Source of the DNA: a virus
Taxonomy: Duplodnaviria > Caudoviricetes
Length of the DNA stretch: 64,000 bases
Reading direction: 5' to 3' (one strand)
Virus record (IMG/VR): IMGVR_UViG_3300028833_003296
Coordinates: 15,736 to 79,735 of that record
Shown here piece after piece: positions 36,239 to 48,100 of this stretch. The position numbers were made by a program, and so were the translations under genes. A model generated the notes under the pieces. It was not told the origin of the DNA. It made no database searches and saw nothing but the letters and a program-made list of their open reading frames with translations. The stretch's first letter is position 1. The number at the start of each line of letters is the position of its first letter.

Positions 36239-36255
36239 ATTTTTATTCCTTTCCT

Positions 36256-37701
36256 TTAGTTTGCGATGATAGTAAATTTAGCCGTAACTCCGGCAAGCAT
36301 AGGTTCGTCAGAACGGAATATGTTCCAGTTCGTATTGTATTTTCCTTGGTTGGAAAAGTTCACGACACCGCCAAATTCATCTTTTATGCTCTTTACCGTC
36401 AATGGCGTTACGATATAAAGGTAATCTGCATTGGTAAACGGAACGCTATATGTCGTTGAAATGGAAGTTGCAAGCGTACTTTGACCTCCAGATACAACGT
36501 TAGCCGCACTTGTTCCCGCACCGACATAAGTTCTGTATGTAGAGTTGAAATACCCCGTCGCTGACTTCACGGCCACTCCCTTATGCGTTCCTGTTACGGT
36601 GAAATTGTAGGTGGTCTTTGAACTTGGCGTAACGGATATAGTTTTTTGCACGTTCGCCGCACCGTTCGCCGACTGCGCAGTTCCGTCGTATGTAACATTC
36701 AACGTATCAATAGACTTGCTTGCAGTTCCCTTGATGGTAACGGATGTCGTCTCTCCAACCTCTATGACAGTCTTTGTGGCACTTGCCGAGAGCGTAATGC
36801 CTCCGACCGCCAATTCCGTCAGTTCGTTCTTCAACTCGTCGATGGCAGCTTGCGCATTCGTGGCTTCCATTCCACTCTGAGTATTGTCGTACTTAATCTT
36901 CTCCGCTTTGCCTCCTCCGCCTTGGAAGTTCGTGGCTTGATAGTTCGTTCCATCGTAATAGACCTCTATCACCTTTCCTGCCTCCCACGAGTTTGTCGGA
37001 CTTGCGATAGCACCGTTGTAGTAGATGGACTTCGCTCCCGTTGCATTGATGTTAAGGGTTGGGGTGCTTGCGGTGTTGGCATTGGTCATCTTTATCTTCA
37101 TTGAACCGCCAGTACGCAATGCATAACTGGGTGCCGTTACCGTCTTTGCCGCCGTACCTCCAGCCGTCGAGCACTCAAAGTATCCAACCGACTGTTCTAC
37201 CTTTTGAAGAGCGTCATTCATTTGTCCCTTCGTGTAGTAATCAGACATATCCACCAATGTTCCAAGACCCGTGTTTGCATCTGCCTGATAGGTCATCACG
37301 TTCTCTGCAGGCACGAATCCATCCGGAGAAGATTCCACGACGTTAAAACAAGTACCAGGCTCCAAGTAGAACCGCTTGTCCAATCCACCAACCGTGAATA
37401 TAATCTCGATGCCATACCTACCGATTGGAAGCTTATCGTAGAAATTAATAATTACGTTGTTTCCTGGATTAAGATGCCAAGTATTCGAGCCATTTACGGC
37501 TTCGCCCTCACTCAGTATTGTTCTGCGTTTGTCTGCAGCCACGAGTTTCACTTCCGATATCGTCACCTCTCCTTCTATCTCCCGTTGCTCTATCCTTCGG
37601 TATCCAACCACCCTGTTCTCAACGAGATGCACACCAAGTACGAAGTCATTTCCCCTTGTGATACGGGGAACCTTATCGTTTAGTTCTATAACACTTACCA
37701 T
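36256..37701 (-). CDS. Tail fibre / baseplate-upper protein
   Basis: ITRGNDF N-terminus. CSTAGGTAAKTV..ANTASTPTLNINATGAK fibre motif. Confidence 0.7.
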   Translation of the reverse strand: MVSVIELNDKVPRITRGNDFVLGVHLVENRVVGYRRIEQREIEGEVTISEVKLVAADKRRTILSEGEAVNGSNTWHLNPGNNVIINFYDKLPIGRYGIEIIFTVGGLDKRFYLEPGTCFNVVESSPDGFVPAENVMTYQADANTGLGTLVDMSDYYTKGQMNDALQKVEQSVGYFECSTAGGTAAKTVTAPSYALRTGGSMKIKMTNANTASTPTLNINATGAKSIYYNGAIASPTNSWEAGKVIEVYYDGTNYQATNFQGGGGKAEKIKYDNTQSGMEATNAQAAIDELKNELTELAVGGITLSASATKTVIEVGETTSVTIKGTASKSIDTLNVTYDGTAQSANGAANVQKTISVTPSSKTTYNFTVTGTHKGVAVKSATGYFNSTYRTYVGAGTSAANVVSGGQSTLATSISTTYSVPFTNADYLYIVTPLTVKSIKDEFGGVVNFSNQGKYNTNWNIFRSDEPMLAGVTAKFTIIAN

Positions 37702-37723
37702 ATCTATTGTATTTAATCGTTAT

Positions 37724-40700
37724 CTATCCTCTGGTCGTAATGTTTAATGTCCTTTCCCCTTCGTAAAGATTCAACACGGGATGTCCCATCCAGCAGTCAT
37801 CGATGCCACGGTGTGAATTGGTCGGGGAATACGTGGGAGCACTTCCGTCATAAATCATTATCTCGTTGCATGACAATGGTTTTGTCATCGGAACGAACTC
37901 AGACGGGTTTTCCACAACCCACACCAATACTTCCTGGTACGTGTCTATCCTCATGATCTGCGAGCGCAGCTGCAATGATTGACCAGGTAACAGCGCGATG
38001 AATCTCGCCTGATAGCCACCGCAGAAGAAAAGTCCGGCGTTCCACTTATAGAGATCTTCCGTCGTATTTGGAATAAGCTGCTTGTTTTCGTTCCCGTCAT
38101 ACTCGATATTCTCGAATGCAATGATTCTCGGATCAGCGCAAACCATTACGGCATTACCCCTCAGAGCCTCTATATACTGACTGTTAGGGTTCGTGAGCAA
38201 GGTTGGCCAATTAGCCGTAAAAGTATCGGCTTCGTTTACAATTGTCAGCCTCGTTCCGTTTCTTCTGTACGCCATCACCCATTTCTTCGAGTCATGAACG
38301 CCGTTGTTATCGAATAACCTGAATGGGTAAACTGTCTTTTCGCCAACCACAATACCATTGTCTGGAAATGCAAGGATTGTGTCACCCTTCCAATCGTATT
38401 GACTGTATTGGTTGTAATTGTCCTTTACCTCAATAATTGAGTCATAGAAAGGTAATGCAACCACTCTCGGCTCACTTGTGTTATTTCCATTGAGAGCTTC
38501 GTTTCTTGCCTTGAATTGCACGGATTTTACGGTTACGTTTGCCACATCGGATGGATCCATAAACTCTCCCATGTTAATGATTACGGGATAGTAGTAATCG
38601 TCATAGCCCACCACAGTCACGTTCTCCGTTGTCAAACCCTGTAAGTCCAAATCACCCTCGATCTCGGTTTTCTTTCCGATGATGGTAACGCTCTGGTTGT
38701 TGCCGTTAATACGTACACCAGCCTGCTCCAAGCCATTTCTGGTGACTCTTAGGTTAATCTGGTCTTTTGTCAGGTCGATTTGTCCTTGCCAATCTTCCTC
38801 TGCCCGTCGCCAGTCAGTTGGCAAATTGCCCTTCTCAAGTTGGAGCCCAACGATGCGGAACGATCCCGTTCCCTGCTTGGTAATGTACATTGGCAGTATC
38901 TGTCCGTCACCCTTAATGGTGAAACAAAGTCTTTTCCAAGTTGGGGGTATGGCAGAACTTCCGTCAGGTATCACGACGGCGTTCGCGGGATTTCCCCTCC
39001 TGACCTGAATAGTTGGTACAGTCTCTTGGTTATCCGCCAGTTTCACATAGAAAGACAAGATATAATCAGCATCGTCTTCAAGCTTAAGGTTTGGCTGTTT
39101 TGTTGCATCAGACGGAATACACAATCCTTTACCAGCCTCGTTGACAGTAACCAACAGGCTTTCTGTAAACGGTGCCGGTTCGTCAGTGCTGCCAAGGGCG
39201 AGATACACGTTTCCGAACTTTTCATAGCGTTTCGGGGCATTGTTTTCACGTTCCTTGAAGTCGGAGTTGAGCAACAAGTTCCTGCCTCCAATCGTCCTTC
39301 CATTCACGGTTTCCGTGATGGAATTGAGCAGCTGCAGTATTGAAGAATCAGCGGTAAGGCTAAAAACGGCTTGATATATCCTATCGGTAACGGAAACCAC
39401 TGCCGCTTGAGCGGAATAAAGCTGTCTCCAAGCAAGTCTCGTAGTATTGCCCTCCGTCTTCTCGTAACAAATATATTGGTCGTAATAATCTCCTTCCAAG
39501 AATTCACGGGTGATTGGATCTGTCAAGTTCTGGCGCACATACCAATAATCACCAACCTTTACGGTGACATCTGATGGCGGTCTTTGCAATGGATCTTCAG
39601 ACTGAACGAATGTATGCGGCTGCTCGATTTCCGCACTCATGTCATTAATCGACTTCTGCCGAGCATTGGCTATGTCTGTCGAAAGGGTCTGCCTTGCGTT
39701 GAAAACATCCTCCCATTTCTCGTTGAAGACCGCACTTGTTATAGTAGTTGAAGCAACATTGTTCTGCGTGTCTATCAAACTTGGATAAGTGTCCCAATAA
39801 GAAATGCCTGGTGCATCTCCATCTTCCGCAGCCACTTTCCATGAACTGTCGTTGTTAAGATATGTACCAAGCGCATTAAGGGCAGTTTTCAGCTCGTCAA
39901 TGGTGACAGTCACCTGACTTCCGCCCACTGTCTTTTGTATGGTTCCGTTAAATGAATCAAGCGCACCCAGCAAATCAAAGTATTGCGCCACTTCGTTGGC
40001 GAACATCTGCCGCAGCATGGCCTTTTCCTTTGCCGTTATGATATCATCGGATGCGATGTTGTTAATCATATCCATTTGGTACGCGTTGATGGCACGTTCC
40101 AAATCCCCCATGGCATGATAGAGCGTTGACCACAGCGTATTGTGAACAGTAGCCAGAGTATTAGTGGCGGTAGGCAATCCTATTCTGCTTGCATACGCAT
40201 TCCAACCACTAATTAAGTCTGCGTCGGCGAGGTTGACGCTCGTGCCAAGGTTCTCATCGGCTATCCAAGACGGGATGATGGATGATGTATGTCCCTCTAC
40301 ACTGTAATTGTTGTCAAGGAAAACGTGTAAATAGTAAAACGAACTTTCAAAAGTTCGATAGATTCGTTCGTTATCATCGCTAATAGAGGTAAAATTCAAG
40401 CTACTTTGCTGATTCTGTAATTTCACGTATTCAGCCACCATCTCATCCCATCTCTGCCGTAGTTGCATCTTCGCGTCGCCGCCAGTGATAAAGTCATCTG
40501 ACAGAATCTTTTCGACTGACGTTGCCAGGTCATCGTCATTGCCCGATGAAGAGAGGGCATAGAATTTTCCATAAATCTTGCTGTCCCTTGCATCGAAGAA
40601 AGTCTTACGGTGAGAGGAAAGGTTAAAGTCGTTGATGCCATGGTAGAATGCCAAGAATGGAGCATGTAAATCAGTATCGAGAGCATTGTAAGCAGACAGG

Positions 40701-42955
40701 TAAACCGCAGCCCTGCGCTCCCTTGCGTCCGCGTCGTTACCCCGATAGCCAAGCATCACAATCTCATCACCGATTGTGGCATCCATCGGGTTTCCGTCCC
40801 ATAGGGGATTACCGTTGTCCCCGTTTCCTAACCCGTCACATGGTATGGGATTCGCGCCGTCTGTCGTCGGTATGCCGTTAGGTATGCCATCGTCACCTAC
40901 AGCCCCATATATCGTAATCCAATGACACGGTACGGTTTCTCCGTTGATGATACGGTCCTCGGTGTTTTCGCTTACGCTATGTACCACTGCCCAATAATAT
41001 TTGTTGCTCACATGGCGAGAAGCCTGCCCAACTTGTATTTCCTCCACGGAGTGGAACGACCTGCAAAGTGCTTGGTCGCCTGGTTTCCATGTCTGGTTAA
41101 CCCTCTTTCCGTTGCTGTCGCTTGCCTTGAAATAGAGGGTATTCCCTTCAAGCAAGCAACCTGTATATTGGTCTGGGTCTTGCGGAAACGTTAAGTCAGC
41201 TGCTGCTATGTCCACCACGACAAAACCTTCTGCTGGGGTGAGGAATATGGCTCCTCCAACAGCTCGAACCCTGTCAATTACCAACTCGAAGAAATGTGCC
41301 AAGCCCGTAACGACAAGGTTTTTGGTCTTGATGGAATCAGAGTTGGTGATGTTTCCACTCGTTATCTCATCGGCTATGAGATTGGCAAACCAGGCAATGC
41401 CTTTTCTGATGCCATTTACCGTCATTTCCTTGATATATCCCCAAGGGTTATTGACTGGGCCGAACGATGAACCGGACAAGTGGAAGTTTTCCCGCATGAA
41501 GGTAATGGCACCCGATGCCACATCATTGACATCCTTTCTCAATATTTTAAGCCAATCCTGACTGTCATCGGTCAGCTTACTTGCTTCATCAGCCAAAGCA
41601 GCATAAATCTTTTGCGAGTTGGCAAGCAGGTATTTTCCGAACATGCCCAAGGATGCCAACACGGGAAGATTGGCGTGTGAATGCCCCACACCGCTACCTG
41701 AAGAAGAGCCGACACTGCCCAACGACTCAAGCAGGTAACTGAGAATAGCCTCGATGGTCGTAACGGTCCATTCCTCGGAATAGGGATTCTGAACAGGAAA
41801 GAGAGCACCGCTGCTCAGCTGAAGCCGTGGATACTCTGCCAGGCGCGGAGCGATATCTAACGACCCAAGCTCAGGAACATTTACGTTCAGTGCTTTCCGT
41901 GCCCGTGTCCGAGGGAGGTTGAGATATGGGCTGTCTTCTGCATATTTATAGGTGAAAGTATAGGTGCTTGGAAGTTCCTTTTCTTGATAAGTTACGTCGC
42001 TTTCGGTTACGACAATGCGACGGATGGAAGAGTCCACATAGATATACTTGGCTATCGACGGGAAGAAATCGAGTAACCACAGCCGTTCCTTCTGGTCCAG
42101 GTAACCGGTGTTCTTCTTATACTTGCGAACGGTGTCCACCCGATATTCCTCAAAGTTATCCTCTATCTCCGCCACGTTGTGCGTATGCTCAGCAGTGTTC
42201 TCGCTGTCACCGTATGCCCTGAACGTGTCCATTCCTCCCAGTGAGTTCTCGAAGAGCACCCAAACCTCCTCTTCGGATTTCATGTCACTGGGCACGTATC
42301 GCTGCACGTATGTCAGTCTTTCCTCATTTGCGTTTTCCGCCCATACGTCGTAGAAAATGGGCATCTGATCGCAGCTTCCGGCAATGGTGGCATATTGCGT
42401 AGGTATGGTCATGCATTGGCCAGCGGTCATCACAGCCAGTGTCAACATCTGCGTTGTGCCATCCTCGAAATGTGCCAGGCAACGAATGGTGGCATCCACC
42501 GTGGCATAATAGGTAAGGAATTCTGGTGAGAGATAGGCCACCTGCTTAACGTTTGGTTGCCATGTCAGGAAGTTCTGCGTAAGGAAAGACACCACGTCTC
42601 CGTCAAAACGGTCAACGCCTGCCCTCAACACTCGGAACTGACATGCTTGCGGTTCACTCGAGCCATTGTTGACACCCGACATCTCCACCTTGAAATCCTT
42701 CACGATATTCGGCTGAAGATAGGACGACTGGGTATCCTGCAGCTTGAAAGACAGCAAGGGTGCAATCACGTTCTTCAGGTCAATCTCGATGCTGTACAAA
42801 TCACTTGGACTATATGTGTGTTGCAATACGTTTGTCCAACTGCCATCCTCGTTAGCCATGTAGAGGATGAACGAAATGTCAGACGTGGTATTGACGATAA
42901 TCTTTTTCAAATTGCCCAGCAGGCTAAGCGAATCAGGATTATTGAGTATTTCCAT
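37724..42955 (-). CDS. Large tail/host-specificity protein
   Basis: About 1743 aa. Contains GGRNLLLNSDF and LQLEKGNLPTDW carbohydrate-binding-like module. Start set at MEILNN downstream of its promoter. Confidence 0.75.
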   Translation of the reverse strand: MEILNNPDSLSLLGNLKKIIVNTTSDISFILYMANEDGSWTNVLQHTYSPSDLYSIEIDLKNVIAPLLSFKLQDTQSSYLQPNIVKDFKVEMSGVNNGSSEPQACQFRVLRAGVDRFDGDVVSFLTQNFLTWQPNVKQVAYLSPEFLTYYATVDATIRCLAHFEDGTTQMLTLAVMTAGQCMTIPTQYATIAGSCDQMPIFYDVWAENANEERLTYVQRYVPSDMKSEEEVWVLFENSLGGMDTFRAYGDSENTAEHTHNVAEIEDNFEEYRVDTVRKYKKNTGYLDQKERLWLLDFFPSIAKYIYVDSSIRRIVVTESDVTYQEKELPSTYTFTYKYAEDSPYLNLPRTRARKALNVNVPELGSLDIAPRLAEYPRLQLSSGALFPVQNPYSEEWTVTTIEAILSYLLESLGSVGSSSGSGVGHSHANLPVLASLGMFGKYLLANSQKIYAALADEASKLTDDSQDWLKILRKDVNDVASGAITFMRENFHLSGSSFGPVNNPWGYIKEMTVNGIRKGIAWFANLIADEITSGNITNSDSIKTKNLVVTGLAHFFELVIDRVRAVGGAIFLTPAEGFVVVDIAAADLTFPQDPDQYTGCLLEGNTLYFKASDSNGKRVNQTWKPGDQALCRSFHSVEEIQVGQASRHVSNKYYWAVVHSVSENTEDRIINGETVPCHWITIYGAVGDDGIPNGIPTTDGANPIPCDGLGNGDNGNPLWDGNPMDATIGDEIVMLGYRGNDADARERRAAVYLSAYNALDTDLHAPFLAFYHGINDFNLSSHRKTFFDARDSKIYGKFYALSSSGNDDDLATSVEKILSDDFITGGDAKMQLRQRWDEMVAEYVKLQNQQSSLNFTSISDDNERIYRTFESSFYYLHVFLDNNYSVEGHTSSIIPSWIADENLGTSVNLADADLISGWNAYASRIGLPTATNTLATVHNTLWSTLYHAMGDLERAINAYQMDMINNIASDDIITAKEKAMLRQMFANEVAQYFDLLGALDSFNGTIQKTVGGSQVTVTIDELKTALNALGTYLNNDSSWKVAAEDGDAPGISYWDTYPSLIDTQNNVASTTITSAVFNEKWEDVFNARQTLSTDIANARQKSINDMSAEIEQPHTFVQSEDPLQRPPSDVTVKVGDYWYVRQNLTDPITREFLEGDYYDQYICYEKTEGNTTRLAWRQLYSAQAAVVSVTDRIYQAVFSLTADSSILQLLNSITETVNGRTIGGRNLLLNSDFKERENNAPKRYEKFGNVYLALGSTDEPAPFTESLLVTVNEAGKGLCIPSDATKQPNLKLEDDADYILSFYVKLADNQETVPTIQVRRGNPANAVVIPDGSSAIPPTWKRLCFTIKGDGQILPMYITKQGTGSFRIVGLQLEKGNLPTDWRRAEEDWQGQIDLTKDQINLRVTRNGLEQAGVRINGNNQSVTIIGKKTEIEGDLDLQGLTTENVTVVGYDDYYYPVIINMGEFMDPSDVANVTVKSVQFKARNEALNGNNTSEPRVVALPFYDSIIEVKDNYNQYSQYDWKGDTILAFPDNGIVVGEKTVYPFRLFDNNGVHDSKKWVMAYRRNGTRLTIVNEADTFTANWPTLLTNPNSQYIEALRGNAVMVCADPRIIAFENIEYDGNENKQLIPNTTEDLYKWNAGLFFCGGYQARFIALLPGQSLQLRSQIMRIDTYQEVLVWVVENPSEFVPMTKPLSCNEIMIYDGSAPTYSPTNSHRGIDDCWMGHPVLNLYEGERTLNITTRG

Positions 42956-42973
42956 TGCAAATGTATTTTTCCA

Positions 42974-43008
42974 CAAAGTTAGGGTGTTTTCGTATAACTG
43001 AAAAGGAC
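42974..43008 (-). promoter_or_regulatory. Prophage B late-type promoter GTCCTTT-N20-TAACTTTG
   Basis: Motif and spacing counted directly. Confidence 0.65.
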
Positions 43009-43012
43009 ACCC

Positions 43013-45148
43013 CTAACTGGAAGGAACAACCATAAGATATACCGTCGTACGCGTGTAAGTACCATCGACAATCGTATATGATGTTTGCTCATAATAGCGA
43101 TGGGCAATCATGTATGCACTTGGAACCGGTGGATAAATGACGCGGAATGTCCGCTCCTTGTCTGCCCCCGAATTGTTGTATTCACTCTCTGATACGCTCT
43201 GCCTGTCACCCATGGCAGCCCATTGGTACTGTGCTTTCATGATGGGCAGTACGTCATCAACGTCGGGAGCTTTGGAGAAAGAGTCGTCAACATGGTACCG
43301 CAACGACCGGAACTCACATTCCATCGGACCGTCATTACCGCCAAGGATGAACTTCAATTTCCCAACCAGGAAGGGAACGCCTCTTACCGTGACCTTGGAA
43401 TGGGCAGGCAACGTCTGTTTTTTCGATTGCGGGAGCAGCAGGTTCATCTTCACCGTCTGCAGGGCGTTTCGCAAAAGCGTATCGTATTCACGGTAGAACT
43501 TTTCGAAGATGCCACACGGTCCATAATAATACAAGGCATAACCATACCATATAGACAAAGGAATGTCATAATTCCACAAGGGTCCCGAAAACCACTTGTC
43601 GATCGACGAGAGTGAACCCTTGGTATAGGCGTTGGAATAGCCAGGGTTCATGATATACGAGAATGCAAGCATCGGGAGAAGTTTGTTGGAATCCTCTTCG
43701 GCCTCGCCACCTTCAGCATCATAAACCTCCAACTTGGAGTTAAGCGTAGTGTATTTACCCACATAGAGCCATTTGCCAAACGTGAAGTCAGCACTTGGAA
43801 GCAAGGAAGGAACACCCTCCCATGTCTGGGTTCTCGGTTTCAGTACTCGATACTCAGGAATGCAGTCAGGAATCTCCACCTTCTCCGCTTCAATATCCTC
43901 ACCGGTGTCGTATGGCATGGATGCGTCTGCCACCTTCACCTTGACGCGGTTGAAACCCGAGAAGCCGTCCTTATAGAATGCTCCCGTATATGGATCCAAG
44001 TAGGCAGAGGGATTGTCGGCTATAAGCGAAGAGATGTTGTCGTACGTGGTGGCATTCTCATCGTCACCGTCGGTACCGAGAGTTTTCTTGGAAGACAGCA
44101 CGATTCGCTTGTAATCCTTGGGGGCCTTGTACTCAACGGTCGGCTCATCCGTCAGGCAATCCGTAAGATCCAGCGAAGAATTTGATGCCAATACGTCTTT
44201 CAGGAATATGACATTAGCCGTGCGAGTGCCTTCATCCGACGTAAATTCACAGCAAAACTTCTTGCGAAACACCGTAAGAAACTCTGTGCAAGTAACGTCT
44301 GGCAGCAAGTCGGCAATCTTGAGCTGCCCGTTTACGATTGGGTCTATCACGTTGTTCAACAGCACCATGTCAACGAAAGGTTCGGTCTCACTGAAGAAGT
44401 TGGATTGCAACGTATAGCCGAAATGCTTGAATATCCTCGACAACACATAATTCGTCTTGACGAAGGGTGAGATGTAATAACCAGGAGTAATCGTGATGGG
44501 AACCTGGTTCACGTATTCCGTTCGCTGATAAGCTCCGTAGAAATCACAGGTATCCCCTATTCCGTTAGGATAGTTTGTTCCTGGCCTGTTGTCTATATCT
44601 TTAAATATGGTGCAATAGGCATTGATAACCTTGTAGTTTAAGCCTTCGTCCATACCAGAGTCATCATCCACGAGTACGGGGAATATCGCCAAGCGGTCGG
44701 AATAACGGCTCCTACCCAATCGTAACTTCCGGCATTCCTCAATGGCTGATTGCACTCGCGCCTCGATGTTGTTGCCGCCAAATTGTATGATATCGTCTGC
44801 AAATATCTCTTTCAGGCGAACGTTTTGTATGCGCGAATAGAAAGAACCGTCATTGATGTAGAACGACGTGGAGATATTGCCCTTGTGTTTGGCCGACAAC
44901 ACGAACTGCCTGCACTGGGCGTAATACTCACCGTCTTGTATGCTGGCGCGGATGGCCTTTGCCTTGGATTGCGAAGCCAACAAGTCAGGATAGCCAAGGA
45001 TTCGACGGTTGTGGTCAGAGGCGGGCAGGTCAACGGGTACCGTTTGCTCGCCATACTCATAGAAAAAGGGATTGGTGCGTTCCACCTCAATCTGCGCACC
45101 CTCTGCGAGCTCGTAAGGCTCTCCCTTGTCAAGATTGGTTATTCTCAT
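43013..45148 (-). CDS. Tail hub/distal tail protein
   Basis: 711 aa directly after the tape measure (ATGA overlap), IEVERTNPFF N-terminus. Confidence 0.65.
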   Translation of the reverse strand: MRITNLDKGEPYELAEGAQIEVERTNPFFYEYGEQTVPVDLPASDHNRRILGYPDLLASQSKAKAIRASIQDGEYYAQCRQFVLSAKHKGNISTSFYINDGSFYSRIQNVRLKEIFADDIIQFGGNNIEARVQSAIEECRKLRLGRSRYSDRLAIFPVLVDDDSGMDEGLNYKVINAYCTIFKDIDNRPGTNYPNGIGDTCDFYGAYQRTEYVNQVPITITPGYYISPFVKTNYVLSRIFKHFGYTLQSNFFSETEPFVDMVLLNNVIDPIVNGQLKIADLLPDVTCTEFLTVFRKKFCCEFTSDEGTRTANVIFLKDVLASNSSLDLTDCLTDEPTVEYKAPKDYKRIVLSSKKTLGTDGDDENATTYDNISSLIADNPSAYLDPYTGAFYKDGFSGFNRVKVKVADASMPYDTGEDIEAEKVEIPDCIPEYRVLKPRTQTWEGVPSLLPSADFTFGKWLYVGKYTTLNSKLEVYDAEGGEAEEDSNKLLPMLAFSYIMNPGYSNAYTKGSLSSIDKWFSGPLWNYDIPLSIWYGYALYYYGPCGIFEKFYREYDTLLRNALQTVKMNLLLPQSKKQTLPAHSKVTVRGVPFLVGKLKFILGGNDGPMECEFRSLRYHVDDSFSKAPDVDDVLPIMKAQYQWAAMGDRQSVSESEYNNSGADKERTFRVIYPPVPSAYMIAHRYYEQTSYTIVDGTYTRTTVYLMVVPSS

Positions 45149-48100
45149 GTCTTACTTCCTATTTTGCGTGACTGACTGCGTAGTTTTTGTTGTGCGTCGA
45201 GCTCGTCAAGGGCCACGAACGACTTGATGCCCCTTGTCTCCAGTCTCTCCAGAACGGAGAGCAACCTCGTTATGGTTTCGGGATTGACGGTCTCCATCTG
45301 ATTGGTACGCACCACGACGGTACCGCCATTGACACCTTTGGCTGCTGGTTGACTCCCTTGTGCATGCCCCGTCATGTAGCCACCCTGTTGCAATCCGCGC
45401 ACTTGTTGCTGCAGCAAATACTTGCGCATGTCAAGCGTACTGATGGTACCAACACGCTGCGCACGGTCAATGATGTCAATGAGTGGGGCGACCGTTGGAT
45501 TGGTGACTGCGGCATTGCTTGCCACCCACTCACGGCTTTTCCCCGTAGGACCTTCACCGACGATAACAGTAGGATGGTCAATATACCCGCGTTTGAGCGG
45601 ATCGTATTTGGCATGGAACATCTTACCGTCTTGCTTGCGTTCTATGTCCATGCTGCCACCACTGGCGAGACCAGTTGCCATGGGAGCGTCCTTATCCGTC
45701 TCCTTGCGACGCTTCTGGGGTTCCTTATTCTTTGGAACGGGAATGCCTTCGCTTTTCTCGTCGATGGAACCGCCATCCTCAAGACCCGTGGCGACACGGG
45801 AACCCGACACCTGGTTAGACGACGTAGCACCGCTAAGAGTCATTCGCTTCACCTTCTCTCGCTCTGCATTGGCTGCAGCCAACTGTGCCGCACCCGTCAC
45901 TCCCATCAGGGCTGCAGCGATGGGACCTGCAATGGGACCGAGTTCCGATATCGCCTTCATGATGCTGACGGCGGTATCGGCAATGATCTGCGAAGCCTTG
46001 ATGGCAAAGTTGACATCCGCGTATTTCTTTTGAATCTTCAGCTTCTCGTTGGCTTTCTTGTTCTCTATGTCGGTGGTATCCTCCCCAGCTTGGCGAGCTG
46101 CCTCTATCTCCGCATCGTACTTGGCATCCACATTGGCAATCTCCGCTTCCTGAAGGGCAGAAAACGCTGAGCCGAAGAGCTGGGAGTAATAGTCGAACTG
46201 CTGCTTCCAGGATTCCATTTTCAGGTTTTTCAGAGCATCTTGATAGTCAACTTCAGAGAGGAACCCTTCGTCGCGCTGTTCCTGCAGCTGCAGTTTTTGC
46301 TTCTCGAAGATTTCCTTTTGGGATATAAGACCATATTGCTCACGGATGGAGAATATCTTATTCTCACGGTCTCTCTCCATGTTTTTAACCGCTTCATTGT
46401 ATTGCTCCTGGGTGAGCTTCTTTTGTTTCAGGTGCTCTCTCAGCAAAGCCAATTCTCGCTCATACTGCTCTTGTGCCTTCACAAGTCCGTATTGCTCACG
46501 AATGTTGTATTGGGTTTGAGCCGTACTTTCCTCATAATCCCTAATCAGCTTAGCCTTGGCTTGCTCATACGCCTGGGTAATGCCGTTCACGTCCTCCCCA
46601 TGAGCCTTGGCATAGTCAACGGCAGCCTTGTAGTAGGCTTCCAGTGCATCAAGTTGCAGTTTATGGTTGCGTTCACGTCTCTCTTCTTCTGTCATGGCAG
46701 CTTCGCTAAGCTGCTTCTGCGCATCGTAGTATTGCTGCATGGCATCAAGATGTTTTTGCTGGAATGCCCGACGTGCCTTCTCCTCATTGTCTTGTTGTTG
46801 TAAGACGATGCGTTGTTTGTCGTTGCTGTCCTTGATCTGCAGCTGACGTGCCTTTTCAGTAAATCCCTTCTCAATGTCATAAATCTTTGCTGTATGAGCC
46901 ATCTCCATGGCCAAAGCTTGGGAATTGTATTGCTCCTGGCTGATTTTCCTCTGGATAAGGTTCTGCTTGAGAGCCTCCATTGCCTGATTGTAGAGTTTCT
47001 CTTGTGCATCCAGTTCTGCATTGCGTTCGTTGGCGAATGCGGATTTTTGTTCCTGTCCCACCTTGTCAGCGCTACTCCCAGTGTTTTTCTCATGGTTCAA
47101 GAAAGTGGGATTCAGAATCGACTGTCCTTGCCCGCCATTCTCCTTGACTATCTTCCAAAGCCTGTCGTTCTGTGCCGAATAGGCTTTCACTATGGCTTCC
47201 TCTTTCCTGATTATCTGGGTACGATCTGCAATGCCCCTTTGTTGCACTTTCAGATATTCAGTCTTGTCTCCAGGATCCCACGCGTAATTGAGCTTCACTC
47301 GGTCAAGTTGACCTTTGTCGTTATGAACATCGTTGAAACGAACCATGCCATCGTCACCAATATTCTGAGTGTCCAAGTCCACGCCAGTCTTCCTCTTGGC
47401 ATTAGCCTTGATATTGGTCACGTTTTGTTTCTGTTGGTCGATATTGTCCTGGGCATCCATGATCTTGCGCTGGTTCTCCTTGATACGCTCGTATGCCACC
47501 TCTGCAAGTGCAGCCTGTTTCAATTTATTGATATACGAGTCTATGATCTTCGTGTTTTGCTTGAAAAGGTTTCCCTCTCCGTTGATGGATGCATGATATC
47601 CTGGTACCAGCTTCTGCAAGTCCTGTATGGCAGCCTTACGTTTGTCGTATGATTCGTTGGCATCGTTGATGGTCTTGCGAAGCGACTTAATCTTGGTAAT
47701 CTGCTCCGATGTGGTATCGTTGACACTCTTCTTGATGCTGTTGTTCTGTGCTTGGATATCTTCTGCAAGTTTTTTGTGTAAAGACATAAAGTCAACAACA
47801 GCCTTAGAAGCCTCCTTATTACGGGTTATCCATCCATAGAGAGCCGTTCCTGCTGCAATGATGGCAGTTGCCAATGCCACATAGACGTTGGCCTTACATG
47901 TCTTATTGAACAATTTCATGGCAGCAGTGGCTCGCGTGGTGTTACCGCTGAACGTGGCTATGGCAGCACTCATGAGCAAGCCAATGCCCCTCATGGTGGT
48001 GGCTGCTGTCTGCCAGGCTATGGTAACGGCGCGAGCTACTTTGGTCTGTACGATATAATTCCTGATTTGCGCATTGAGTGCTATCATGGCCACACTGAAT

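Noticed and set aside
45640-45800. Duplicated ATGL(E/A)xGGS motif near the tape measure C-terminus as an inserted element
   Set aside because: A short in-frame duplication with no mobile-element hallmarks.
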